DNA of 64,000 nucleotides from Candidatus Latescibacterota bacterium (GCA_963422735.1 OY730476.1:2016001-2080000), one strand, 5' to 3'; positions 13,163 through 23,556 are shown, counted from the first letter of the stretch. Notes: generated from the sequence alone by a model not told the origin. Numbers and translations are program-made.

Positions 13163-13178
13163 GAAAAACGCAGCCGCA

Positions 13179-13961
13179 CTACGCTCGGCCCGAGGCCATC
13201 TGCTCTTGCAGACGCAGCTTGAGCTGTCGGCGGTCCAGCCCCCGCCAAAAGACCCCGCCAATGGCCAATGAAATGATGCTGTTCTCCTCGGAGACGACGA
13301 TAATCACCGCGTCCGATTCCTGCGATAGACCCAATGCCGCCCGATGTCGGGTTCCCAGCCGCTGGTCTTCGACCTCTTCCGCCAGAGGCAAGGTGCAGCG
13401 AGCCGCCACCAAACGCTCACCTTGAATAACGACGGCTCGGTCGTGCAGCGGGGTGCGCGGGCTGAAGATGGTGGCCAGCAAATCACCCGACACCTCCGAG
13501 TTCAGAGGCACTCCGGTCTCAATGACCGGTCTGATCTGGACTTGGCGCACCAGCACGATCAGTGCCCCGTACCCCAAGTCGGCCAAGCGTCCCACTCCAC
13601 TGACGACCTCGTCGATGATCCGCGATGGCTCGGCCTTGTAAAACCAGCGGAACGCCGGGGTCTGCCCCAAGACTTGGAGGAGCCGCCGCAGCTCGGGCTG
13701 AAAGAGGATGACCAGTAGGATTAGCAAAATGGAGCGCGCCTGCTCCAGCAGCCAAGACAGGGCGTTCATCTTGAGCCAAGGCGCGGCCAAGGCCACGATC
13801 ACCATTAGCAGTAGCCCGGCGACCATGTGCGCTGCTCGGGTCTCCTTGATTAGGGAGAGCAAGCGAAAAAAGATAAAGGCCACCAGCAGGATATCCGCCA
13901 CGGAGGTCAGCGAGACGGGCAGAAAGCCAAAGAGGTGAAACAGGACCGGGTCTTTTAGCAC
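13179..13961 (-). CDS. cdaA: Diadenylate cyclase CdaA (DGA motif reads DRA)
   Basis: Three N-terminal TM helices, FQPELRR, GALIV, TPLHDRA, LGTRHRAA, VSEE; GTG start overlapping folP end. Confidence 0.9.
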   Translation of the reverse strand: MLKDPVLFHLFGFLPVSLTSVADILLVAFIFFRLLSLIKETRAAHMVAGLLLMVIVALAAPWLKMNALSWLLEQARSILLILLVILFQPELRRLLQVLGQTPAFRWFYKAEPSRIIDEVVSGVGRLADLGYGALIVLVRQVQIRPVIETGVPLNSEVSGDLLATIFSPRTPLHDRAVVIQGERLVAARCTLPLAEEVEDQRLGTRHRAALGLSQESDAVIIVVSEENSIISLAIGGVFWRGLDRRQLKLRLQEQMASGRA

Positions 13962-14803
13962 GGTACTTGGCCCCGCACGGCCTCGACTAAGCGGACGGCT
14001 CTCAACGTCGCGGCCACGTCGTGGACTCGCAGTACGTGGACGCCCGCCCCGGCGGCCAGAGCTGCAGCAGCCAAGCTGCCCTCCAAGCTCTCGGCTGCCG
14101 AGAGCCCGAGCGTCTTCCATATAAAGGACTTGCGCGAAGCCCCCACCACCAGTGGACGCTCTAAGCCCAAGAAGCACTCTAACGTCCCCAACAAGGCGAG
14201 GTTGCCCTCCGGCGACTTGCCGAACCCCAAGCCTGGATCCACGGCCACGCACTCGACGCCCTGGGCGTGGGCGACGCGTACGCGCTCTTGTAGGAAAGCA
14301 TACACCGTCCCAGGCAAGTCGTCGTAGTGGGTATTCTGCTGCATGGTAGCCGCCGTGCCCCGGCGGTGCATCAGTACCACGGGGGCCTTGGCCTGTGCGG
14401 CGACCTCGGCCATGGCCGGATCGTGCCGCAGGGCACTAATGTCGTTGATAATATCAGCCCCTACCCCAAGGGCCCGGAACGCCACCGCGGCCTTGACCGT
14501 GTCAACCGATATGGGCACAGCGCTCTGGCGGCGGAGGCCCTCGACGATCGGGAGAACCCGAGCGCACTCCTCGGCAACCGAAACGTCTTCGGCGACTCCG
14601 TACATCGGCGGCCGCGACGATTCTCCGCCTATATCGACGATCGCCGCTCCTTCCTCCACCATCTCCAAGCCGCGCTCCACCGCGGCCCTCGGATCGCAGT
14701 AGCAACCCCCGTCGTAAAACGAATCGGGCGTCGCATTGAGGACGCCCATGATCTGCACTTGATCGCCAAAGTGGAGGACGCGGCCTCCCAACTCCCAGAT
14801 CAC
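13955..14803 (-). CDS. folP: Dihydropteroate synthase
   Basis: MGVLNATPDSFYDGG, DIGGESSRP, INDIS, DPGLGFGK, SRKS, RVHDV. Confidence 0.96.
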   Translation of the reverse strand: MIWELGGRVLHFGDQVQIMGVLNATPDSFYDGGCYCDPRAAVERGLEMVEEGAAIVDIGGESSRPPMYGVAEDVSVAEECARVLPIVEGLRRQSAVPISVDTVKAAVAFRALGVGADIINDISALRHDPAMAEVAAQAKAPVVLMHRRGTAATMQQNTHYDDLPGTVYAFLQERVRVAHAQGVECVAVDPGLGFGKSPEGNLALLGTLECFLGLERPLVVGASRKSFIWKTLGLSAAESLEGSLAAAALAAGAGVHVLRVHDVAATLRAVRLVEAVRGQVPC

Positions 14804-16737
14804 GCCCCATCCTCGTCAGTCAAGTCGCGCACTGGTTTGCGGGCGAGAGGCTCTCCGGCCAAGACCTGGTCGATCTCCGGGTCGTCGAGGACCTCGTATG
14901 CGAGGAGGGCGCGAGCCAAGGAGTGGAGCTTGTCCTCGTTGTCCCCGAGGATGCGCAGTGCGGCTTCCTCGGCCTCCACCACCAGCTTGCGGATCTCGCG
15001 ATCGACAGCTTGAGCGGTCTCCTCACTCATGTGGGGGCTGCGGACGAATTCCTTGCCGAGGAAGACCTCGTCGTCGCCGCCGCCCAACGAAAGGGGGCCA
15101 ATATCTTCGTTCATGCCCCAATCGCAGACCATCGAACGAGCCAGGCGCGTCACTTGCTGGTAGTCGCCTTGGGCTCCAGTCGAGCGCTCGGCAAAGATCA
15201 ATTTCTCGGCTGCGCAACCGCCCAGTGCCGTGGCCAAGTGCGCCTTTAACCGAGTCTCGGTCAGCGAACGCCGCTCATCGGCCAAAAAGGCTACCATCCC
15301 CATAGCCTGCCCCCGCGGGATGATGGTAGCCTTGCCAATGGCCGGGCCGCCTTTGATGCTCTTGGCGACCAAGGCGTGGCCCGCTTCGTGGTATGCCGAA
15401 AGCCACTGATCCTCTTCGGTCAGGACCATGCTGCGGCGCTCGGCTCCAAGCATCACCTTGTCTTTGGCTGCCTCAAAGTCGCCCATGTCAACGGTCTTGC
15501 GATCGCGCCGCGAAGCCAGCAAGGCCGCTTCGTTGACCAAGTTCTCCAAATCGGCTCCGGAAAGCCCAGGCGTACCCTGCGCCACCTTTTGCAAATTGAC
15601 GTCCGGATCCAGCGGCACTTTGCGCACGTGGACCTTGAGTACGCCCTCCCGACCCCTGACGTCGGGTAGGTCAACCACCACCCGGCGGTCGAAGCGACCG
15701 GGCCGCAAAAGCGCCGGGTCGAGTACGTCTGGGCGATTGGTCGCGGCGATGAGAATGACGCCGTCATTGGACTCAAAGCCGTCCATTTCTACTAGAAGCT
15801 GGTTGAGGGTCTGCTCGCGCTCGTCGTGGCCGCCGCCAATGCCCGCACCTCGGTGGCGGCCCACCGCGTCGATCTCATCGACGAAAATTAGGCACGGGGC
15901 ATTGGCCTTGCCCTGTCCAAAGAGATCGCGCACGCGCGAAGCCCCAACGCCGACGAACATCTCGACGAAGTCCGAACCGCTAATCGAAAAGAAGGGCACA
16001 CCCGCTTCGCCGGCTACCGCACGCGCCAAGTGCGTCTTGCCCGTACCCGGCGGCCCGACCATCAAGACGCCCTTGGGAATCCGCCCGCCGAGACGCTGAA
16101 ACCGGTGCGGATCCTTGAGAAATTCAATGATCTCCTCCAGCTCTTTCTTGGCCTCGTCGGCCCCGGCCACGTCGGCAAAGGTAGTCTTGTGCTTATCTTC
16201 CAACAGGAGCTTGGCCCGACTTTTGCCAAAGGAAAACAGCCCGCGCGCGCCGCCCTGCATCTGCCGCAACATGAATATCCAGAAGGCGATAAACAGCAGC
16301 CACGGCAAAAAGCTGAAGAGGAAATTGTACCACCGGAATGGTTCTTCCTCAAAGCGAAAATCGACCCCTTTTTCCTCCCACTCGCGCCTGGTCTCCGCGT
16401 CTATTGGACCCAAGTTGACCACAAAGCGGGTCCGGTCGTGCAAGACGCCCTCGAACTCGCGCTCGCCGACAATGACGGCCTCGGCGATGCGGCCCTCCTC
16501 CAAGTATTGGCGGTATTCCTTGTAGGAAACGAGCTGAGGCTCGGAGGGTTTGCTGCTAAAGAATTTGGCGGCGAAAATCATAACCAACACGAAGAAGAGC
16601 CAAAACGCCTGAGTGCGCGAAGGGCGGCGCCAGCGGCGCGGCTTGTCTTCGCCATCGGTCTGCTGGCGATCCGGTTCGCGTTCGTCCCTAAGGCGCGTGG
16701 GGCGCTCCTCCTCGGCCTGCTTTTTTCGTCCCTCCAT
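14800..16737 (-). CDS. ftsH: ATP-dependent zinc metalloprotease FtsH
   Basis: [32 protein letters not shown]. Confidence 0.98.
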   Translation of the reverse strand: MEGRKKQAEEERPTRLRDEREPDRQQTDGEDKPRRWRRPSRTQAFWLFFVLVMIFAAKFFSSKPSEPQLVSYKEYRQYLEEGRIAEAVIVGEREFEGVLHDRTRFVVNLGPIDAETRREWEEKGVDFRFEEEPFRWYNFLFSFLPWLLFIAFWIFMLRQMQGGARGLFSFGKSRAKLLLEDKHKTTFADVAGADEAKKELEEIIEFLKDPHRFQRLGGRIPKGVLMVGPPGTGKTHLARAVAGEAGVPFFSISGSDFVEMFVGVGASRVRDLFGQGKANAPCLIFVDEIDAVGRHRGAGIGGGHDEREQTLNQLLVEMDGFESNDGVILIAATNRPDVLDPALLRPGRFDRRVVVDLPDVRGREGVLKVHVRKVPLDPDVNLQKVAQGTPGLSGADLENLVNEAALLASRRDRKTVDMGDFEAAKDKVMLGAERRSMVLTEEDQWLSAYHEAGHALVAKSIKGGPAIGKATIIPRGQAMGMVAFLADERRSLTETRLKAHLATALGGCAAEKLIFAERSTGAQGDYQQVTRLARSMVCDWGMNEDIGPLSLGGGDDEVFLGKEFVRSPHMSEETAQAVDREIRKLVVEAEEAALRILGDNEDKLHSLARALLAYEVLDDPEIDQVLAGEPLARKPVRDLTDEDGA

Positions 16738-16754
16738 GACAGATGCTCTAGGTC

Positions 16755-18128
16755 TCAGTCGCCGTCCCAACGCCTCAGCGTACACAAGGCGATGCGGCTC
16801 GTAGTGGATTTTATTCTGAAGGCATGACTAGAACGAAGGGGCGCGACCCAAGCTATTTTCTCTCCCCGGGTCAGCACCAGCACTTCGTCGCGCGAGATTT
16901 TCGGCCACTTGGCGTCGATGAGAAAGTCGCTCAGTTTTTTGTGCCCTTCCATGCCCAGTGGCTGGAAACGATCGCCCGGCCGCAGGCTGCGCACTTGCAC
17001 CCGCTCGCCGAGGCGATTCGCGTCTAAAGCCACCTGCGCACCTCCTAGCTGGGCCTTGTCGAAGTACTTCGGCGAGACGATTTGGACGCGGATTTCCGCA
17101 CCGTGCTCTCTTAGCACCAGCGCGCCGGGTATGTCGAAGCCGCACACAACCGGCGGCCGCTGCCCGCGACGTAGGATATAGCGCGTGCCACAGCCCTGCC
17201 CCCTCAGCCCAGCACCCAACACCCGCAGGCACTTGTCGCCGGCCCCAATCCAGCCCCGCACTCGCTCGACGCGGACAAAATCAAAAGGACCATCTGTGGC
17301 GGCGAGGCCCTGGAGCGCGGCGCGCAGTACGCGCCTTTGTACGGCTATATGATAAGCGAGAAGCCTAGTACTATCAAGGGCTACCTTGTCGTTACAACGC
17401 TCACAAACCACTGTATCTAAAGCCTCTTGGGTTAGCTCGGCGATCAGGTTGTCCTCGGCTTTGAGAAGCGCGGCCGTGCGATTTAGAACCTCGGCGATGT
17501 TAGGGTTATAGCTCTTGAGCAAGGGCATTAGTTGCCCACGCACCCGATTGCGCAAAAATCGCGGGTCTCGGTTGGAGGGATCCTCTCGGTAGCGCAAGCC
17601 CCGCTGGTGTGCGTATTTTTCAATCTCAGCGCGCCGCACGCGCAGCAGCGGCCGCAGATAGCGGCCCTCGCGCACAATCTCCATCCCCCCTAAGCCGGTG
17701 GCACCGCTACCGCGCAACAGGCGCAAGATCACGGTCTCGGCTTGGTCGTCGGCGTGGTGCCCCAAGATGATGAATTCGGCCCCGACCCGGTCGGCGACTT
17801 GGTCGAGAAAGGCGTAGCGCTGCCGCCGACCCGCTTCCTCCAGCGACAGACCCTCGGTTCGGGCGTAAGTCCTCACGTCGCGCCGCTCTAGCGAACAGGG
17901 CAACCCGCGCCGCTTTGTCTCGCCGGCGACAAAGCGGCTGTCGGCCGCCGAATCCGGCCGCAGCGCGTGGTCCAAGTGCGCCACGTGCAACCGGTGCCCT
18001 AGGCCATCCAAGACATCGAGCAGCACGGTCGAATCGACGCCACCCGATGCGGCGACGACTACGCCAGCACCTGCCTCTAATCCTGCCTCCTGTAGCACTT
18101 GCCACACACTGGCGACTATCGCTTCCAT
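16755..18128 (-). CDS. tilS: tRNA(Ile)-lysidine synthetase
   Basis: SGGVDS PP-loop, HHADDQAET, RPLL, DPSN, RNRVR; tilS-ftsH synteny. Confidence 0.95.
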   Translation of the reverse strand: MEAIVASVWQVLQEAGLEAGAGVVVAASGGVDSTVLLDVLDGLGHRLHVAHLDHALRPDSAADSRFVAGETKRRGLPCSLERRDVRTYARTEGLSLEEAGRRQRYAFLDQVADRVGAEFIILGHHADDQAETVILRLLRGSGATGLGGMEIVREGRYLRPLLRVRRAEIEKYAHQRGLRYREDPSNRDPRFLRNRVRGQLMPLLKSYNPNIAEVLNRTAALLKAEDNLIAELTQEALDTVVCERCNDKVALDSTRLLAYHIAVQRRVLRAALQGLAATDGPFDFVRVERVRGWIGAGDKCLRVLGAGLRGQGCGTRYILRRGQRPPVVCGFDIPGALVLREHGAEIRVQIVSPKYFDKAQLGGAQVALDANRLGERVQVRSLRPGDRFQPLGMEGHKKLSDFLIDAKWPKISRDEVLVLTRGEKIAWVAPLRSSHAFRIKSTTSRIALCTLRRWDGD

Positions 18129-18209
18129 GGCCGTCGTTCCCGTGGCGCGAAAACAGAAAATTCTCCTGAGCAAGTAATGGAGAGGGCAAATTAGACGAAG
18201 AGGTGCCCC

Positions 18210-18238
18210 TTGACAAATGAACTAATGTGCAGTATATA
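18210..18238 (+). promoter_or_regulatory. lexA promoter with candidate SOS box
   Basis: TTGACA-17 nt-TATATA; the spacer contains TGAAC-TAAT-GTGCA (18218-18231). Confidence 0.65.
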
Positions 18239-18288
18239 TAATTTCAGGTTTGCTTTCACTTTTCCTCCCCAGTTATGGAGGTACACTC

Positions 18289-18915
18289 ATGCCCAAACCC
18301 CTAACCGAGCGCCAACAGGCGATTTACGACTTCATCGCTGATGCAATCCGCTCTGGGGGCCCCCCCACTATCCGCGAGATCATGGATGTCTTTGACATCA
18401 ACTCCACCAATGGCGTCCGCACCACCTTGGAGGCTTTAGAAAAAAAAGGCTACATCCGCCGCCGGGCGCGCCGTTCCCGGGGCATAGAGCTCGTCGATTA
18501 CGTCAGGCCCGCCTCCCTTTCCACCGACCTGCGCGAAGTGCCCCTAATTGGCCGGGTCGCCGCGGGCACTCCCATCCTGGCTACTCAAAACATCGAGAAC
18601 ACGCTCAACGTCGATGCATCGCTCGTTCCCGCTTCGGGCGATGTCTTCGCGCTGCGCATCCACGGCGAGAGCATGTGCAACGCCGGGATTCTCGACGGCG
18701 ACATCGTCATAGCCCGCCAGCAAGACCGCGCCGAGCACGGCGATATAGTCGTCGCGCTGCTCGACGATGAAGCCACGATCAAGCGCTATGCACCCGAATC
18801 CGACGGCATCCGGCTCCTGCCTGAAAACGAGGCGTTCGACCCCATCGTCGTCCCGCCCAACGCCGACGGGTTCAGCATCGCTGGCAAAGTAGTGGGCCTC
18901 ATGCGCCGCTTTTAG
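18289..18915 (+). CDS. lexA: SOS repressor LexA
   Basis: LTERQ, PPTIREI, LEKKGYI, VAAG cleavage site, GESM catalytic Ser, ATIKR catalytic Lys; GGAGG RBS. Confidence 0.96.
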   Translation: MPKPLTERQQAIYDFIADAIRSGGPPTIREIMDVFDINSTNGVRTTLEALEKKGYIRRRARRSRGIELVDYVRPASLSTDLREVPLIGRVAAGTPILATQNIENTLNVDASLVPASGDVFALRIHGESMCNAGILDGDIVIARQQDRAEHGDIVVALLDDEATIKRYAPESDGIRLLPENEAFDPIVVPPNADGFSIAGKVVGLMRRF

Positions 18916-18925
18916 GTGTGCTTAG

Positions 18926-20254
18926 GTGGATGCTGCTTTGCGGCGCGCCCACGCACGCGCCATTTTTGACGCCGGGGTCGCGGCTGCCGATCCCGGCCAT
19001 TGCGTCCACCAAGCCCTCGCGGTCGCAGGCGATAAGTTGCGCTGTGGTCCACTTTACTTCCCCCTCGATACCATTTCCAGCCTGCGCCTAGTCGGTGCTG
19101 GCAAGGCCACCGCGGCTATGGCCGCGGCCGCTGAAGCAATCCTCGGCGACCGCATTGAGTGTGGGGCCATCAACACCAAGTACGGCCACGCGCTGCCGTT
19201 GGCGCGAGTCGAGACTTTTGAAGCCGGGCATCCGGTCCCGGACGAAGCCGGCGTGGCTGGTGCGCGACGCCAGCTTTCACTGTTGGCGAACTTGGATCCC
19301 AACGCGCTGGTCCTTGGCCTCTTCTCCGGCGGGGGCTCGGCCCTGCTGCCCGCCCCAGCCGAGGGCCTGACCCTCGCAGAAAAGCAAGAAACCACTCGCC
19401 TCCTGCTCGCCTGCGGCGCGACCATCAACGAAATCAACGCCCTGCGCAAACACCTCTCAGCCATCAAGGGCGGGATCCTCGCCCGCGCGGCCGCGCCCGC
19501 CCGCACGGCCGCCCTCATGCTCTCGGACGTCATCGGCGATCCCCTCGACACCATTGCCTCCGGCCCGACCCACCCAGACGCCACGACCTTTGGTGATTGC
19601 CTGGCGATAGTCGATCGCTACGACCTGCGCCACCAGCTTCCCGCCCCAGTCCGTCAGCACCTCGAAGCCGGTGCCCGAGGGGAGCGGCCGGAAACCCCCA
19701 AACCCGGGGATTCCTGCTTTGCCCGCGCCGAAAGTTTGGTCATTGGCAACAGCCGCTTGGCCATTGACGCGGCCGCGCACAAAGCCAGCGCGCTAGGCTA
19801 CGAGGTGCTCGTCCTCACCAGTCGCTTACAGGGCGAGGCGCGCCATGCCGCCGCCGCATTGGTCTCCATCGCCCAAGAAACCGCAGAGACCAACTGTCCC
19901 ATCGCTCGGCCCGCCTGTCTCATCGCCGGCGGCGAGACGACCGTCACCCTCCGCTACAATGGCAAGGGCGGGCGCAACCAAGAATTGGCCTTAGCCGCGG
20001 CCCTGCAACTCGACGGTTGGCCTGCCATCACCCTGCTGTCCGGCGGCACCGATGGCACCGACGGCCCCACCGATGCCGCCGGTGCCCTAGCCGATGGCCA
20101 GACCTTGAGCCGCGCCCGCGCCCAAGGTCTCGACGCCCGTGCCTTTCTCGATCGCCACGACTCCTATCGCTTCTTCGCGGCGTTGGACGACCTCGTCATT
20201 ACGGGCCCTACGGGCACCAACGTCATGGATCTGCAAATCGTCCTCATATCCTGA
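18926..20254 (+). CDS. Glycerate 2-kinase (MOFRL/TtuD family)
   Basis: GAGKA, AGHPVPD, SGGGSAL, RKHLSAIKGG, IASGP, GGETTV, GGRNQE, TDGTDG, TGTNVMD. Confidence 0.92.
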   Translation: MDAALRRAHARAIFDAGVAAADPGHCVHQALAVAGDKLRCGPLYFPLDTISSLRLVGAGKATAAMAAAAEAILGDRIECGAINTKYGHALPLARVETFEAGHPVPDEAGVAGARRQLSLLANLDPNALVLGLFSGGGSALLPAPAEGLTLAEKQETTRLLLACGATINEINALRKHLSAIKGGILARAAAPARTAALMLSDVIGDPLDTIASGPTHPDATTFGDCLAIVDRYDLRHQLPAPVRQHLEAGARGERPETPKPGDSCFARAESLVIGNSRLAIDAAAHKASALGYEVLVLTSRLQGEARHAAAALVSIAQETAETNCPIARPACLIAGGETTVTLRYNGKGGRNQELALAAALQLDGWPAITLLSGGTDGTDGPTDAAGALADGQTLSRARAQGLDARAFLDRHDSYRFFAALDDLVITGPTGTNVMDLQIVLIS

Positions 20255-20293
20255 AGATCGCCCCCTTTGCGGGAGGTGATGCAGTAAGCCGAT

Positions 20294-20322
20294 TTGACAC
20301 TCCGCCACCCTTCCGCTAGCTT
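20294..20322 (+). promoter_or_regulatory. Putative sigma70 promoter
   Basis: TTGACA-17 nt-TAGCTT, 10 nt before ATG 20333. Confidence 0.6.
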
Positions 20323-20332
20323 TTTACAACCC

Positions 20333-21259
20333 ATGCCCAAGAGCCTTCTTCCGCTTACATTGGCCCTGTTGCTGACCGGGGCTGCACACGCCGCCTCGCG
20401 CTACGCTGGCGAGTTCCTCGGCTTGGGCGCGGGTGCCCGCTCTGCGGCCTTGGGCAGCGCCTATGTGGCCCTTGCAGACGACGCCACCGCGGGCTATTGG
20501 AATGCGGCCGGCCTATCCGCCCTCAGCAGTCGCCAAGCGCTCCTGACGCATGCTGAACACTTCTCTGGCCTCATTCAGCGCGATTTTGTCGCCGTCGCCC
20601 GGCCGGGCCGCCTCTTGCACGGTATGGCCCTGAGCTTAGTGCGCATGGGCATTGGCGACATCCATTTTACCGAACTGCCAGATCCCCTCCAGCCTCCAAG
20701 CACCGACAACCGTCCTCGCATCGCCTCGACCGAGCAAAGCGTGGATTACGCCCTGTATCTGTCGGGCAGTCGCCGACTCGGTGCGCGCCTATCCCTCGGG
20801 CTAAGCACCAAGGCCATTTACCGCCACGTCGCCTCCATCAACGCCTACGGCTTCGGCCTAGACCTAGGCGCACGCTACCAATTGAGCGACCAAATCGCGA
20901 TAGCGGCGAACGTGCGCGACATTACCACCACGCCCATCGTCTGGAATACGGACAGCACCGACCGCATTCAGCCCTCGCTGCTGTTGGGCGTAGCGTACGC
21001 CATACCCATGGCCAGGGGCCAAACCACCGCCCTCCTAGCCACCCATTCCGGCGGCGACACTGCGACCGCCGACGTCCCGCTCAACGCCGGGCTAGAATAC
21101 CGCCACCATTATATCGCCCTGCGGGCCGGGCTAGAGGAAGGCCGCCAGTCCTTTGGGCTAGGGCTTACCCCCCACCGCAACCTCGATCTCGACCTCGCCT
21201 ATTTGCAGCACGATGCGCTCGAAGCAACCTACCAGTTGTCCGCCAGCTTCTGCTTCTGA
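20333..21259 (+). CDS. PorV/PorQ-family outer-membrane beta-barrel
   Basis: Signal peptide (AHA); FLGLGAGARSAALGSAYVALADDATAGYWNAAGL is the PorV/FadL-like N-terminal motif; terminal Phe. Confidence 0.8.
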   Translation: MPKSLLPLTLALLLTGAAHAASRYAGEFLGLGAGARSAALGSAYVALADDATAGYWNAAGLSALSSRQALLTHAEHFSGLIQRDFVAVARPGRLLHGMALSLVRMGIGDIHFTELPDPLQPPSTDNRPRIASTEQSVDYALYLSGSRRLGARLSLGLSTKAIYRHVASINAYGFGLDLGARYQLSDQIAIAANVRDITTTPIVWNTDSTDRIQPSLLLGVAYAIPMARGQTTALLATHSGGDTATADVPLNAGLEYRHHYIALRAGLEEGRQSFGLGLTPHRNLDLDLAYLQHDALEATYQLSASFCF

Positions 21260-22139
21260 GCAACCCCGCGTCGGCTACGTAGCCTTAGCTGGTCGCCCCA
21301 ACGCGGGTAAATCTACCCTCTTCAACGCCTTCTTGGGCCAGCGGCTCTCCATCGTCACCGCCAAACCGCAGACGACTCGCAGCCGCATCCTCGGCATCCT
21401 CACTCGTCCACAGAGCCAAGTGATTTTCTTAGACACGCCGGGCCTGCTCAACGCCTCCTACAAGCTACACGAGACCATGGCGCACCAGATCGACCAAGCC
21501 GTCCGCCAAGCCGACCTCGTCTTGCTGCTGTTCGACGCCTCCCGTCCCAAAGATCGCGGTGCGCTAGTGAAGCACTTCATAGCGCACACACGGGCACCAG
21601 TCTTGGCCGCGCTCAACAAGATCGATCTAGTACAACCCACCCAGCTAGACGCCTTGCAAAAAAGCCTCGCGGACGAGTTCGGCATCTCAAGCCCTATCCC
21701 GGTCTCCGCCCGGCGCGGCGACGGACTCGGCAAATTGCTGTCGTGCTTAGAGGCCCAGCTACCCTGCGGCCCCAAGCTCTACCCGGACGACATGGTAGCC
21801 GAACAGCCCGAACGGTTTTTTGCCGCCGAACGCATCCGCGAGGTAGCTTTTGAGCACCTTGAGGACGAGCTACCCTACGCCATCAACATCCACATCGAGG
21901 AATTCCGCCAGCGCCCAGGCCACAAAACCTACATTCGCGCCATTATCTACGTCGGGCGCGAGAGCCAGAAGGGCATCGTCATCGGCAAGAAGGGGATGCG
22001 CCTGCGGTCCATCGGACGCCAAGCCCGCGCTGCCTTAGAGGAACTACTCGAAGCGCCTGTCTATGTAGAACTATGGGTAAAAGTCCGCCCAGACTGGCGC
22101 GACAAAGAGCGCGATTTGCGAGAATTTGGGTATCTCTGA
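21213..22139 (+). CDS. era: GTPase Era
   Basis: GRPNAGKST, PQTTR, DTPG, NKID, KH domain IVIGKKG, LWVKV; start uncertain (47-nt overlap). Confidence 0.95.
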   Translation: MRSKQPTSCPPASASEQPRVGYVALAGRPNAGKSTLFNAFLGQRLSIVTAKPQTTRSRILGILTRPQSQVIFLDTPGLLNASYKLHETMAHQIDQAVRQADLVLLLFDASRPKDRGALVKHFIAHTRAPVLAALNKIDLVQPTQLDALQKSLADEFGISSPIPVSARRGDGLGKLLSCLEAQLPCGPKLYPDDMVAEQPERFFAAERIREVAFEHLEDELPYAINIHIEEFRQRPGHKTYIRAIIYVGRESQKGIVIGKKGMRLRSIGRQARAALEELLEAPVYVELWVKVRPDWRDKERDLREFGYL

Positions 22140-22158
22140 GCCTCAGAAAGGAACGCCA

Positions 22159-23460
22159 ATGAACATCCTAGTCGTCGGCAAGGGAGGGCGCGAACACGCC
22201 CTCGTGTGGAAGCTGGCGCAGAGCCAGCGCATCGACAAACTCTACGTCGCCCCCGGCAATCCCGGCATGGCCTCCCTCGCTGAATGCGTCGATATCCGCG
22301 TTGACACGCCCGTGGCTGAACGCGAAAAACTCGTCGGCGAAATCGAGCGCCTAGTCGCCTTTGCTCACGAGCGGCAAATCGGGCTGACCGTCGTCGGCCC
22401 AGACGACGCCCTAGCCGGCGGCATAGTCGATCGCTTCCGCGCCAGCGGCCTGGCGATCTTTGGCCCTACTGAGGCCGCCGCCCGCATCGAAAGCAGCAAG
22501 GTCTTCGCCAAGGAGCTAATGCAGCGCGTCGGCGTCCCCACCGCCCGGCACCATAGCTTCACCGATAGCCAAGCCGCCAGTGCCTATATCCGCGCCCAAG
22601 GGGCCCCGATCGTGGTCAAGGCCAGCGGCCTAGCCGCCGGCAAGGGCGCGGTCGTCTGCGAGAGTGTAGATCAAGCTCTCGCAGCAGCGCACGAAATGCT
22701 CAACGAAAACATTTTAGGCGGGGCCGGCCACCATATCGTCGTCGAGGAATACATGGCCGGCGAGGAAGCCTCGCTCTTTGCAATCTGCGATGGCGAACAT
22801 TTTATCACTCTGACGCCCGCCCAAGACTACAAAGCTATCTACGACGGAGACAAAGGCCCCAACACCGGCGGCATGGGGGCCTATGCGCCGGCACCTGTGA
22901 TGACGCCCGCCTTAGTGCGCGAGGCTGAGGAGCGAATCATCCGACCCGTGCTGGCCGAAATGCGCCGGCTGGGCACCCCGTACCAAGGTGTGCTTTACTG
23001 CGGGCTGATGCGTACCGAAGCGGGCGTTAAAGTCGTAGAGTTCAATGCCCGCTTCGGCGACCCCGAATGCCAGATTCTCATGCCCCTCCTCAAAACCGAC
23101 CTCGTCGATTTGCTCATTGCCGCCTGCGACGGCCGCTTAGACCAGGTGCAAGTCGAATGCGCCCCTCGGGCGGCCGTCTGCGTGGTCATGGCCTCGGACG
23201 GTTATCCGCAAGCCTATGAGAAGGGCTTTGAGATCCGCGGCTTGGAAACCTTTGCTGACCGCGACGATATCCTCGTCTTTCACGCCGGCACGGCCCAGCG
23301 CGACGGTCGCTTCATTACGGATGGCGGCCGGGTGCTCTGCGTGACGGCCACGGGCACCGATATCCAAGCCGCCGTCGCCAAAGCCTACTCGGCAGTCGAT
23401 CAGATCGCCTTCGACAACTCCTATTGCCGCCGCGACATCGCCTATCGCGCCCTAAGATAG
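22159..23460 (+). CDS. purD: Phosphoribosylamine-glycine ligase
   Basis: GGREHA, APGNPG, GLAAGKG, GPNTGGMGAY, EFNARFGDPE, GGRVL. Confidence 0.97.
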   Translation: MNILVVGKGGREHALVWKLAQSQRIDKLYVAPGNPGMASLAECVDIRVDTPVAEREKLVGEIERLVAFAHERQIGLTVVGPDDALAGGIVDRFRASGLAIFGPTEAAARIESSKVFAKELMQRVGVPTARHHSFTDSQAASAYIRAQGAPIVVKASGLAAGKGAVVCESVDQALAAAHEMLNENILGGAGHHIVVEEYMAGEEASLFAICDGEHFITLTPAQDYKAIYDGDKGPNTGGMGAYAPAPVMTPALVREAEERIIRPVLAEMRRLGTPYQGVLYCGLMRTEAGVKVVEFNARFGDPECQILMPLLKTDLVDLLIAACDGRLDQVQVECAPRAAVCVVMASDGYPQAYEKGFEIRGLETFADRDDILVFHAGTAQRDGRFITDGGRVLCVTATGTDIQAAVAKAYSAVDQIAFDNSYCRRDIAYRALR

Positions 23461-23461
23461 G

Positions 23462-23556
23462 GGTCGGTGGTCAGTGGCCAGAGACCAGCCCCAGCACCAC
23501 GCCCGGTGGCCGGGACGGGGGACTGATCACTGGCCACCGGAAACAGGCTACTAAAT
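23462..23556. repeat. Intergenic inverted repeat with 7-nt periodicity
   Basis: CGGTGGTCAGTGGCCA pairs imperfectly with TGATCACTGGCCACCG; heptads actgatc-actggcc-accggaa-acaggct-actaaat. Confidence 0.55.

Noticed and set aside
23461-23556. THF or ZTP riboswitch upstream of folB
   Set aside because: Context fits, but the conserved aptamer motifs were not found; the pattern is better explained by a heptad inverted repeat
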